This document shows, one piece after another, positions 34,095 through 46,326 of a stretch of 64,000 nucleotides of DNA. Source of the DNA: Cyanophora paradoxa CCMP329 (Eukaryota > Plantae > Glaucophyta); NCBI GenBank assembly GCA_004431415.1, contig QPMI01000515.1, forward strand, positions 186,001-250,000. The letters run 5' to 3'. The translations under genes and the position numbers were made by a program. Numbering within the stretch: position 1 is the first letter of the stretch; the number at the start of each line of letters is the position of its first letter. The notes beneath the pieces were generated by a model. It saw only the letters and a program-made list of their open reading frames with translations, did no database searches and was not told where the DNA came from.

Positions 34095-37000
34095 CTACTT
34101 TGCGGCACCCAAAGAGGACTCGGCGAGGCGGCGCACGAGCTTTTCCAGGCCGTCCAGGCGAGAGCTCTGCTTGAAGACCTGTGGGGAAGGAGGTCGGATC
34201 GAATCTAGGAGAAGGGGCGCGTGGGGGGGTACAGGGACGCGCCTCGTTGGTGATCTTGTCGATTGAGTCGCCGGAGCCGCCGCCGCCGCCGCCGCTCTCC
34301 GCCACGCGCCGCGCCTCCGACGCCGCGTGCTCCACCTCGTCCATGCGCTCCGCCATCCCCGTCAGCGCCTCCTGCGCCCAGAAAAGAGAACGAAGTCCGC
34401 CTTAGCGAAAAGGAGGCCTTGAGCAGCGCGCGCGCCCCGGCCCGGCCCGGCCCGGCTCGCCTTCAGCTCCGAGATCGATTGCCGTACCCCCCGCGACTCC
34501 GCCGCGATCGTCTCGACGACGCCCTTGACCTGTACCCCCCTCCCCGCTCAGAGACGCGACGGAAGCCTGTACCCCCACCAACCCGACCCGGCGGACCTTC
34601 TGCTCGAACGCGGTGGTACCCGTCACGACGCGCTCGATCGCCTCGCGCGTGGCCGTCTCCAGCCGCTCTATGCGTGCCATGAAATCCTTCATCTCCTCCC
34701 GCGTCTTCCCCACCTGGGGGATACGGCGTTAGGAACGAGGGGGAAGGAATTGGGAGGGGGTACGAGGCGGGCGAACCTTCTCCATCTCGCGCTTGAGGCG
34801 CTGCAGGAACTTGCCCGCGAGCTGCTCGGCGGCCTGCCGGTTTCGGCCCTCCCACTTCTCCAGCTCGCCCTGCGTAGCACTTCGTATTAGTGAATTCGCA
34901 CACACCGAGACAATACGGCTAATGATAGAACTGAGGAGTCCGTAAAGTGTCAAGTCGAAAGATGAGCCTACTGGTTACGCCGGGTAGGGAACCTATCAGC
35001 CATCGGACAGGGTGGAGCTAGTCAAGGAGACGTAAACGAAAGCAAAGCTAACCCAGAGCAGAGAGCTACTACCTATACATCTAGCCTAGCTTAGGACTAG
35101 GCTACCGAGAGGACTACCCAGGGTCTACGAGAGGGAGGTAAATTAAAACACTACTACTGCTAGTGCTGCCTGCCTAGGGACCGTCGGGACGTCCGGAGCT
35201 CGCGGGCTGTTCTACTGTACGGTAGGAAAGCCAGGACGGACCCGCGGTCTAATCTGCCTACTCTCGACGCGGCCGCGACTACAGCTAGCGCGGCGGGCTC
35301 CGCGTCGAGGGGGCCGCTCGCCCGAAGCGCGGGTGGAAGCACGTCGGCGTAGAGGGCCGAGGGGAATGAGGCGAGGGGGACGTTGCGGGAAGAAGTGGGG
35401 CGGGACGGAGAAGGTCGGCGCCGGCCGTGGCGGGGAGGGGGAGGGTCGGATTTCTCGGTCAGCAGGGCTTCCAGCCTCGAACCAGCCGCCGCACCCCCGC
35501 CGCGGGCAATTGCGAGCCCCCTCCGCGGCGGTCCTTCAACCCACGGTCCTGGCACGATGGCCGGGGTATCTGGTGGGTGCAACGACCAGCCGAAGCCTTC
35601 CGCCAAGCCTTCCGATCCATCGTTCCCTCCCTGTCGAGGCGCGAGGAGCGCGGGCGAGGTCGTGAATGGGAGGCAGGGCCAAGAGAGCGAGCGGGAGGGC
35701 AGAGCGGGAGAGGGAGGCAAGGCAGGCGCTCGCTTGGCGGGGCCCAGCGAGTCGGTCGGGGCGGCTATATCTAGTGTGTGCGAGGCTAAGAGTAGATCAG
35801 GTAAGTTTCTCGAGGACTAGGTATGGTGAAGTAGTAGGTAGGTGGTGTCGAGAGTCTCCTCCCGACGTAGCCCCCCCCCCCCCCCCCCCCCCCTTTCGCG
35901 CGGCTCGGGGTACCGTTTAGAGCGGGCTAGGATGTGACTCCCAAGGGCGTACCTTGACGCAATCGTAGAGCTCTTGGGCGCGGAGCGCCGCCTTCCAGCC
36001 CGCGTACTCCGGTGGGCAGTCTGCGTTCCGAGCGGCGTTGAGTAGATTGTGAAGGCGAATCGGCCCGTCGCAGGCGGCGCAGACTTCCTTACAGGTCCGG
36101 GGGCCGCGGGCCCGCTCTTGTGGGGGTACGGCACCTGGATGTCGACGGGTACGAGCTGCACGTCGCCAGCCTCGGTGGCCGTGCCGTCGCCCACCTCGCT
36201 CCCGAACACGATCTTCTCCATGCTCTCCATTTGCTGTCGTACCCCGGGATGAGCGTTGGGGGGGGGGGGGGGGGCGGAAGGGGACGTAGAAGGCTCACCG
36301 CGAGGACCGCCCCGGCGGGCCCGGGGCGCCCTGGGCACGGAGGCCCCTCGGCCGGCGCGGCCGGCGCGGCGGCGGCAGCGGCGGCCGGCGGCGGTGGCGG
36401 CGCGGCCGCGAGCCTCGCGAGCGCATCGTCCAGCCTGGCCTGAAGCGAAGCAACGGCCGCCTCGGCCGCCGCCAGACGCCGCCTGTCCTCCTCCGACATG
36501 CCGGCGGAGGCGGGGCGGAGGAGGGGAGGAGGGGCCGGGCCGGCGGCGCGTGCCGCTCGACGGCCGCCGCGATGCGCGCCTCGAGGGCTGGCGCCTCCAG
36601 TCCGGCCTCCGCCATCGCCCGGGCGACCGCGGCCGCCACACGCGCCTCCACCGCCGCAGCCTGGTCCGCCGCCGCCGCCGCCTCTTCCGCCGGCCTCGCC
36701 TGCGGAGGCGGCGCGGCAGTCGCCGCGCCGGCGCTCGCCAGCTGGTCCGCCTGACCCTTCAGCTCCTTGGCCTAGCTCCGGATCAGCGAAGAACGAAGCG
36801 GGCGAAGCAAGCAAGCGAGCGAGCTATCTTTAGACTCACCTGCTTGCGGACGTCCTCGAGGGTCCTGTTCACGAGCTCGAGCTGCTGCGCCTGCTGCTGC
36901 CGGTTGCTCTCCAGCCGCGCCTCCACCTGGCGGCGGAGAATTAGAATAATTAGATCTCCTCCGAAACATTAGATCCCCCCCCCCCCCCCCCCCCCCCCCA

Positions 37001-37239
37001 ACTTTCTGCCCTCTACCCCCCCCCCGTACCTTGACCCAGCGGCTCTCGTCCTCGGAGGCGAGCCGCTCGAGCTGGCCGACGAGGCGGGAGACCTCCTCCT
37101 GCACCTTCTTCGCCACCGTCTGCGTGCCAGGCCGGGGAGGAGTCAGAGAGGGACCGCGCCGTGTTCTTCTTCTCGGGCGGGGGGCGGAGACGATGCGGCC
37201 ATCGCAGCATCGCTGCGTGTCCGTAGATAGATAGATAGA
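34095..37239 (-). pseudogene. 5'-truncated duplicate of the coiled-coil gene, also interrupted by an insertion
   Basis: Matches 41538-43478 but lacks all exons upstream of the duplication breakpoint. Confidence 0.8.
34884..36117 (-). mobile_element. 1234-bp insertion unique to copy 1, replacing 24 bp of intron
   Basis: Copy 2 reads GCACTTC-AGGCTCGGATGGGGGTACCGAATG-TTGTGGGGG, and in copy 1 the middle part is replaced. No TSD or TIR. Pro-rich ORF remnant at 35160-35720. Confidence 0.6.
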
Positions 37240-40200
37240 ATTAGCCGCATGCGCGCAGATATATACTATGAGATGTATTATGTATATATTTACAAATTAC
37301 ATTGGACTGTTGAAAAGTACGTATACCGCGCTGTATATAGCTACCGTATAATTATATACTTAACTTAGTAAGCTTAGCGTTGCATATGAACTGCTTCAGT
37401 AAGAATCATTATATATACGTAACCGCCAGTTGCACTGTACGCAACTTGCACACTGTGATTTAGTGCTAAAGGTTTTTAGGCGATCTATAATATTTTGTTT
37501 TCAAATATTTCCAGCGCCTGTATATATGCATGGCCGGAAAAGCCGAGAATTCTTAGAGGTAGTCCCGTCTCTTTCAAGTTTCGAGCCGGGCCCGGCGCGG
37601 GGCCCTGCGAAGACGTCGACGTCGACTGACCTAGGCCTAGGCTACTAAAAATTTACGTTACGTACCAGCTGCGCGCTAAACGTCCCGTCTCCGCCACTCC
37701 GCCGGCGCCAATCCGCCAAAGCCAGCTACCGGTGTAGATCTGGAAAAGCCCTGCGAAGAGTCGCCGAAAACGTATACGTACGTATACGTATACGTATACG
37801 CGTACGTACGTATACTAAATTTTTGCCAGCTGCTTAAATTATATTTTAAGCCAGCTTGTGGCACTTTAATTAATTTTGGTGAAGTAATAATTATTTTCCT
37901 GTGTTGAATTAACCATTTCCAGTAACGTGCACTGAGCTGCGCCGCTGCTAGCGCTGCGGCCCTGAATGCGGGCAACTGATGCAGACCTGCCTCGGGGCTA
38001 GTTCGCAACGGACGGGCTGCAGAGGAGGTGGCTGCTGCGAGCGAGCAGCGAGGAGGAGCGGCGCGAGGAAGCTTCCAGGTGCGCGAGCGCGCCGGCCTGC
38101 TAGTGACGCGGAAGAGCTCTATCCAGCAAGACGGCCCCCCCCCCCGGTGCCGGCGCAGCGAAGGCCCGACCAACCGGCGACCACCGCTGAGTCGGCGCGT
38201 TTTGCGCAGAGGTGTCTGGCGTGTCTTGGTCTTGCTCGTCTCTGTTCGTCTCTGTTCGTTCGCTGTGGAGATGGTCGCTTCAGTGGATTCCGTACTGGGC
38301 AGTCCCGTTCTGCACTCGGCGCCCTTGCCCTCCAACACGCCGTTGAACAGGGTTAGTGGGCCCTTCTGCATGTTCTCGTTGCCGGCGACCGTTGCCCGCG
38401 GCCCGCCGATGTCGGATTCTGACTGGAACAATGCAGCATACTTTTGGGCTCTGCAATCGAATCGCCGACGAGGAGTCCTCTCTGGTGCCGCAAGAGAATC
38501 TTATGATCATTCTCGACCTCGGTCAGGCGCACACCAAAGCCTGCGTCGCGACGCAGTGCTCGCCGGCATGTTCGTACCGGGCAGCGAAGGAAGCATGAGC
38601 AGCAGCAGCTCGTTCTGTGAAGCGCCGTCTCCCCCGTCGTCCTTCGGCGAATCCCTCGGCTCGCCAAGCGGCAACGCGGGTATTACGGAAGACCTGACTG
38701 TCCTCGACATCAGCGTTGAGGACAGTCTCCTGTACGAGACTCTGGCCAGCGATGCAGATTTAGAGCAGCCTGCAGCGTCTCCGCGTCCCTCCGGCTTCAG
38801 CGAGCGCCCGTTCCCGGCGAAAGTCGACGACGGAACTCTCTTTGCGCCCGCGCGCTCCGCCGAACCGGCCTCGCCTGCATTTCATGGTGTCCGCTTTTCG
38901 TTTAGCGTTGCTTCCGGCGGATCTGACGCTCCTCGCAGCCGCCGTTGTTATCGAGGATCCTCTGGATCTGGTTCTTGGGGACGAGCCGCTGCTGGATCGC
39001 AAGCTCCCGCTCGAATCCACCATTTTCAGGACAGAGAGCGCTCATGACGAGTTCACGTCGGACGATCTCTTTGGTCGCGCCGCCAAGCGCCCCCGGACGG
39101 TTCGATCGACCCGCCTCCGCGCCTGTTTCATCGCACAGCTCTAAAGCCCGTAGCAGGAGCACGCGGAGTCGGTCGAGATGACTTTCCTCGAGTGCGAGAT
39201 GGACACCGGCACGGTCAAGGGCGAGCCGTCCGAGTGCGGCGGCGAGTCGATCTGCGGCTCGCCGGAGGCGGATAGCATGTTTCTCGAGACATCCGACTGC
39301 GACACGCAGGAGCAGCTGCAGGCTCTCAGCTCGGAGATCTCGATGATGGACGACTCTGCCCGCCGCCTCATCGCGCAGGCCCTCTACAGGCTCTCGGCCG
39401 CGGCCGCGCCCGATCAGAACGACCCTGTAGCGTCCCTCGAGCCTCTGTTCCCGCGCTCCGTCGCCGTTGCCGTCGCCGCGGCCGCGTCTAATGCCAGCGG
39501 GCTCCTGGTGACGGGATCCGGCCGGAAGCGGCGCGTCGCCGCTGCGACGCCGGTGGAGCAGCGCGCGATGGACGCCGTCGCTGAGGCGCACCGCCGCTCG
39601 GACCGCGCCGTCGCGCGCATCACTTTCCTCGTCGATTTCGACCCGGAGTCGTTCGCCGTGGACGCCTCTCCCGCCCCCGCGCCGACCTCCGCCCCCGCCC
39701 CGCCCGCCCCGTCCGCCTCCATGGCGTGCCCCGGGCCCGCCAAGCCCCCTGTCCCCGGCCAGCCCACCCCGCCCCGGGTTCGCGCGCCTTCCCCCCCCCC
39801 CCCCGGCCCCCCCGGCCCCGCCCCGCCCCGCCCCGCAGACTTGGACTCTCTGTCTGACCGACCGACTGCCGTACCCGCTGCAGAAGCGCGTCTTCTTCAC
39901 CGAGGACCAGGTCCGCAAGCTGAACACGTACTACGAGAACCTGGCGGGCAACAAGTGTACCCCGATGGAGATCGCCTCCATCGCCTCCGACGTCGGCTTG
40001 ACCGAGCACCAGGTACCCCCCTTTCTTTTCTTTCTTTCTTTCTGCCCTTCTCCCCTTCTCTTATCGGTCCTCTTATGTTACGCCCGCGCAGGTTCGGATC
40101 TACTTCCAGAACAAGCGCGCGCGCACCCGGAAGCCCTCCTCGTCCTCCGGCGGATCGGGCTGCAAGACGCCCCTGAGCTCGCCCCCGGCGCGCGCCATGC

Positions 40201-43200
40201 AGCCGCCGGTCTCGTTCCTTCCCCCGTCCACTCCGGCCAGCGCCGCCCAGAGCCCGGCGGCGTCGCCTATCGCGAGCCCCTGCCCCCGCGGGCCGCGCCC
40301 TCCCGGCCTGCAGCCCGCAGCTGCCCCCGGCGGCCGCCGTCCGCACCAGCAGCACTCTCACTATCCGGCTTCCCGTCGCTTAGTAGCCGTTTCCGGCCTA
40401 CGACGACAATGTCGCTTAGTAGCCGTTCCGGCCTGCGACGACAATTTTGAACCTTTCCATGTCATATTTTCCTCTTCGCAGATCGCATATAACTCACATA
40501 ATCTTATCTTTCCATTTAGCTCCATACCGTTCAATTATCCTCTTGGTTCCGTGGCGACGAGGGCCTTTGGGCCCGTGTCGCGTGTAAGTAAGAGAGGGAC
40601 AGTCACAGTTCGGGCGAGGCCCGGCGTCAGGCCTGCCAGCCTGTTTTTTCGCCGCGCCTCGGTCCAATGATGATGTATCTTGAAGATAGTTCCTTTTAGT
40701 ATCTCTGAAACGATAGCAGGTTTTTATATTGGCTCTTCCTGCTGTTTCATTTCTGTTCAGTTTATCTATTTAGTCTTTCTCGAAAGGCACAATCACTTGA
40801 CGCACTGCTGTCAGGAGCTTCTCGTAAGGAGCTCCGCAGCCTCATAATCGCGCTGCTAGGGCCTAGGGAGTTAACCCTCCATGTGTACGTGGTAGGGTGG
40901 AATCCACACAGTCTTAGTTGTAGCGGCCTCCCCGCTTCGTTGGATGCACAATCGTTGCATAGCCCAGATGTATATGTATGAATTCAGTCCCTAGTACTGC
41001 TCCTGCCTGCTAATTGACGCTGGCCCAACTACCCCATGGCCATCCGGGAATCCGGATCTTCTCACGGCGCCGGCAATGCCCTTATAATTACGCCTCAAGC
41101 TCGCGCCGCCATATGCATATATATACTATAGTAGCTATGGGCCCGGGCGAGTAGCTCAGCGGCTTGCGCTAGCTGGGACGTCGACGTCGACAGCAGCTAG
41201 CGCTGCAGTGCACGCGCGTATGCGCATGCATATGCAGGCGGCCCCGCGGCCGTGCCACGGTGCGATCGCAACGCATATGACTTCTTTTATATAGCTACGC
41301 ATGCAATTTGCACATAACACGTAAACGCGCGCGACACGAGTCGACGTCGGTGGGCGGACAGGGCGGGCATGTACAGGGGCGAGCCCTGCTTGCTCCCAAC
41401 GCGCGGCGGGGCTTGGAAGAATAAGGTAGTAATAGCTGTTTACCAGTCGAACGACTGGGGACGCGGGTCGTGATCGCGGGTCGCCCCCCGCCTCCCCTCC
41501 GGTCCGAGAGGCATACATACATACGTATAGAGGCCGGCTACTTTGCGGCACCCAAAGAGGACTCGGCGAGGCGGCGCACGAGCTTTTCCAGGCCGTCCAG
41601 GCGAGAGCTCTGCTTGAAGACCTGTGGGGAAGGAGGTCGGATCGAATCTAGGAGAAGGGGCGCGTGGGGGGGTACAGGGACGCGCCTCGTTGGTGATCTT
41701 GTCGATTGAGTCGCCGGAGCCGCCGCCGCCGCCGCCGCTCTCCGCCACGCGCCGCGCCTCCGACGCCGCGTGCTCCACCTCGTCCATGCGCTCCGCCATC
41801 CCCGTCAGCGCCTCCTGCGCCCAGAAAAGAGAACGAAGTCCGCCTTAGCGAAAAGGAGGCCTTGAGCAGCGCGCGCGCCCCGGCCCGGCCCGGCCCGGCT
41901 CGCCTTCAGCTCCGAGATCGATTGCCGTACCCCCGCGACTCCGCCGCGATCGTCTCGACGACGCCCTTGACCTGTACCCCCCTCCCCGCTCAGAGACGCG
42001 ACGGAAGCCTGTACCCCCACCAACCCGACCCGGCGGACCTTCTGCTCGAACGCGGTGGTACCCGTCACGACGCGCTCGATCGCCTCGCGCGTGGCCGTCT
42101 CCAGCCGCTCTATGCGTGCCATGAAATCCTTCATCTCCTCCCGCGTCTTCCCACCTGGGGGATACGGCGTTAGGAACGAGGGGGAAGGAATTGGGAGGGG
42201 GTACGAGGCGGGCGAACCTTCTCCATCTCGCGCTTGAGGCGCTGCAGGAACTTGCCCGCGAGCTGCTCGGCGGCCTGCCGGTTTCGGCCCTCCCACTTCT
42301 CCAGCTCGCCCTGCGTAGCACTTCAGGCTCGGATGGGGGTACCGAATGTTGTGGGGGTACGGCACCTGGATGTCGACGGGTACGAGCTGCACGTCGCCAG
42401 CCTCGGTGGCCGTGCCGTCGCCCACCTCGCTCCCGAACACGATCTTCTCCATGCTCTCCATTTGCTGTCGTACCCCGGGATGAGCGTTGGGGGGGGGGGG
42501 GGGGGGCGGAAGGGGGACGTAGAAGGCTCACCGCGAGGACCGCCCCGGCGGGCCCGGGGGCGCCCTGGGGCACGGAGGGCCCTCGGCCGGCGCGGCCGGC
42601 GCGGCGGCGGCAGCGGCGGCCGGCGGCGGTGGCGGCGCGGCCGCGAGCCTCGCGAGCGCATCGTCCAGCCTGGCCTGAAGCGAAGCAACGGCCGCCTCGG
42701 CCGCCGCCAGACGCCGCCTGTCCTCCTCCGACATGCCGGCGGGAGGCGGGGGCGGAGGAGGGGAGGAGGGGCCGGGGCCGGCGGCGCGTGCCGCTCGACG
42801 GCCGCCGCGATGCGCGCCTCGAGGGCTGGCGCCTCCAGTCCGGCCTCCGCCATCGCCCGGGCGACCGCGGCCGCCACACGCGCCTCCACCGCCGCAGCCT
42901 GGTCCGCCGCCGCCGCCGCCTCTTCCGCCGGCCTCGCCTGCGGAGGCGGCGCGGCAGTCGCCGCGCCGGCGCTCGCCAGCTGGTCCGCCTGACCCTTCAG
43001 CTCCTTGGCCTAGCTCCGGATCAGCGAAGAACGAAGCGGGCGAAGCAAGCAAGCGAGCGAGCTATCTTTAGACTCACCTGCTTGCGGACGTCCTCGAGGG
43101 TCCTGTTCACGAGCTCGAGCTGCTGCGCCTGCTGCTGCCGGTTGCTCTCCAGCCGCGCCTCCACCTGGCGGCGGAGAATTAGAATAATTAGATCTCCTCC

Positions 43201-43478
43201 GAAACATTAGATCCCCCCCCCCCCCCCCCCCCCCCCCCAACTTTCTGCCCTCTACCCCCCCCCCGTACCTTGACCCAGCGGCTCTCGTCCTCGGAGGCGA
43301 GCCGCTCGAGCTGGCCGACGAGGCGGGAGACCTCCTCCTGCACCTTCTTCGCCACCGTCTGCGTGCCAGGCCGGGGAGGAGTCAGAGAGGGACCGCGCCG
43401 TGTTCTTCTTCTCGGGCGGGGGGCGGAGACGATGCGGCCATCGCAGCATCGCTGCGTGTCCGTAGATAGATAGATAGA
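37240..43478. repeat. Tandem segmental duplication, copy 2 (6.24 kb)
   Basis: Near-identical to copy 1; differences are mostly single-base homopolymer indels. Confidence 0.95.
38271..40383 (+). CDS. Homeodomain/LNK-like gene copy 2 (apparent frameshifts in homopolymers; pseudogene or consensus error)
   Basis: Same sequence as copy 1, except GGG instead of GGGG at ~38579 and missing C bases at ~40277-40304. Confidence 0.75.
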
Positions 43479-45864
43479 TAGATCTATGCGCAGGCGTGGC
43501 GGCGCCAGGAGTCGGGGAGGAGTCTGGAGAACGGCGGCGGCGTCTCTCCCCCTCGGGCGGCGTCCCGCCATGAAATCGCTAGAGAGGGGTACAGGCGCAC
43601 GCGGTCGGCGGTCTCCTCGACGAGGCGGCGGACGCGCTCCTCCTCGCCGCCGCTCTTCAGCGCCGCCACTGTACCCTCCAGCCCCGCCAGCCGCAACCGC
43701 GCGTCCTCCAGCGACGCTGCGAAAGAAGGAATCGGATCGCGGAGAGATCGGATCGGATGGATCGCGTGCGCCAAGCGAACGAACGAACCGCTGTCGCGGC
43801 CGCCGCCGAGCGTGGCGACGGCGGCGCGCGCCTCGGCCGCCTCGCGCAGCGCCGCCGCCGCGTCCTCTTTCGCGATCGACGCGTCGTGCCGCGCGTCTGC
43901 CGCCGCACGCTCCGCCACGCCCTTCGCCTGCGCGCGGGTTCAAATCCGGATCGGATCAAATCCGGATCAAATCTCTCGCTCGCTCGCCTGCTCGACGTGC
44001 GACCGGGCGGCTGACTCGGCCGACCTTAGCTGCTCCTGGAGGGTCTCCAGCGCCTTCAGAGCCGCCGAACTCTTCGCCTCCGCCTCCGCCAGGCCCCGCC
44101 GCGTCTCCCCGGACTGCGGCGGGCGCGGCCCGGCCCGGTTCGGCCTCGATTCGAATTCGAGAGCGGGGAGCGCGCGCGCGCCTGCCGAGTCAGCTCCGCC
44201 AGCTCCGCGGCGTGCGTCGCCGTGAAGGAGACCGCGGCCGCGTCTGCTTCGTCCTTCGTCTGCTCGTTCGAGTTCGAATGAGAGAGCGGCGCGCGCGGGC
44301 GGGGCGGGGCGGCGCGGCGCGGCGCGGGACGCGCGCCTTCCGCAGCTCGATCTGGTTGCGGAGGAGCTCCGCGAGCGCTTTTCCGTGCGTGTTGCACGTG
44401 TCCTGCGATAGGATCGAGCGAGATCAAATTCGAGATTTAATCCGTGCGCCGGCGATCCGTGCGCCGGCGGGAGTACCTGGATGCGGCCGATCTGCTGGCC
44501 GAGCTCGGACATCACCTGAGGCGGCCCCACCGTCTCAGACGAAGAAAAACCCTCTTGTTCCTCTTAGTTATATAGAAAGGGGTTCTATCTCACCTCGCGC
44601 CTGACGTCCACGGCGATGTCCTTGGACCACGCGTCGGCCGGCGATCCCGGGGCCGATGCGGCCGCCCCGGAAACCACAGCCGAGTTCAGCCGCTTCGTGA
44701 GCTGCGGGAGGGGCGGCGGTGAGCGACGAGAGGGAACGGGGGCGGGCCGGTGGGCGAGGGAGATGTGGTGCAAGAGGAACTAGACGCGCTAGACGCGCTC
44801 TCTTGGGCCCGGGTGCGATCTATCCGAACGAGGCGAGAACGCGCCCGCCCGCCCGCCCGGCCGCGCGCACGCACCCCCTCGAGCTGCCCCTGGACGCTCT
44901 GAAACCGAACCTCCCAGTCCCCTGCCAGACGCTCGGCGATCTGGAGGAGAGTAGTGAGACTTCGTAAGAGGAACGAAAGCTCTCCTTTACTCAAGCACGC
45001 ACCGCGCTGGTGTACGATACCGAGTCGTCCCCAGCTGGGCTGCCGGCGGCCCTCCGAGCGACCGCCACCTCCTGCGGGCCGCTCGGAAAAGGAGCCAAAA
45101 GGAAGGGAAATGAGAGGGGATGACCGTCAGGCGCTGCTCGAGGCGCTCGACCTTGGACGTCAGCGCGTCCAGACCCTCCATTAGGCCGCTGTTCGCTTTC
45201 TGCGGGGCGGTGGGCGGGGAAGCGCAGACCGGAACGCAGGGGCAGGCGGGCGAGCGTATCGTACCGAGAGACGGCCCAGGAAATCGTTCATCCCGGGGCT
45301 GGGAGGCACGGCGCCGTGCGCCGGCGAGGAGGCTGCGGGCGTGTTGAGAAAAGTCGAGCGCGCTGCTGAGCGCGGATTAGAGGCGCGTACCGCCGAATGG
45401 AAGAGAAGTGCTGACGCTGCCCGCGGAGAGCGGACGCCCGCCGGGCTGCCCAGGGAGTTGCTGGCCGTTCTGGTTGATGCCGAGCGCCGCGGCGAGAGTG
45501 ACCTGAGAAGGCGCGGGCGGGGCGTCAGCTCCACGCAGCTAAGAGCCCGAAGACAAGGGCACCAGGAGCGACATCATGTCCTCCACGCGCCGGATGCCCG
45601 AGTTCAGCCTGTCGGCGATCTCCTTGTCCTTCTTCTTGAAGCGCTGCAACCGCGGAGGCGCTTGAAGACTGCGCAAACGCTCGTGATTGGGTCGGCGCAC
45701 CTCGTACAAGGCTCGGAAGACCTCGGGTGTCAGCCGCGTCACCCCGAGCGCGGCCTCGATGTCGGCGGCCTGCGCCCAAGTGAGCGGCGAGCGGGGGCGG
45801 GCGCAGCAGCGCGCAGAGACTGGCAGACCAGCTGCTTGTCGCTCATGGACGTAGACATCCCCAT
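41538..45864 (-). CDS. Large multi-exon coiled-coil protein of unknown function
   Basis: Heptad-rich exons (RLQRFKKKDKEIADRLNSGIRRVEDMM; MEGLDALTSKVERLEQRLT; EEMKDFMARIERLETATREAIERVV). Last exon VFKQSSRLDGLEKLVRRLAESSLGAAK-stop. Start ATG is one of 45864, 45858 or 45846. Confidence 0.72.
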
Positions 45865-46326
45865 AGGGCCCGCTCGTGGCGGGCTTGGACTGTGGGCCGG
45901 GCCCTGCGAAGTGTCACGGACGCTCGGAGCCCCCCAGCCGCTGGCGCGCACGTGGGGCTTGGAGCTTATGATATGAGGCAGGCTGCGGTCCAGCAGGCTG
46001 CGGTCCAGCACATCGCCGCTCGAGCCCCGCTGCATGCCGAGCCCGCCGCCAATTCGATCCAGAAGGATCCGGGGTCTAGGCTCCGGCGTACTACCGGATG
46101 ACCGGCTGGGTGATGCCCCCGGAATGAGAAGAAGGACGGGGGCCGGCGCCAGCTCGAAACAGCGAAGTCAAAGTTAGCGAAGTTCCTCGGGTACAGCCAA
46201 CTTGAGCAAGGTCGGAGGGTCCGAGCACCTTTCGCTGCCAGTCGCGCACAGCACCAGCATCTTCAGCAAAAGCACCAACAGCGATTGTGCAGCGCATGAG
46301 CAGGTAAGGAGCGGAGGACCGGCGCT

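Larger units (their letters stand above)
29790..37239. repeat. Tandem segmental duplication, copy 1 (7.45 kb including a 1.23-kb insertion)
   Basis: Near-identical to 37240-43478. The junction at ~37239 joins a (GATA)n intron tract to AATTAGCCGCATG. Confidence 0.95.

Noticed and set aside
38579-40304. Definite pseudogenisation or programmed frameshifting of homeobox copy 2
   Set aside because: All lesions are single-base losses in homopolymers, typical of long-read consensus error, and cannot be resolved without reads.
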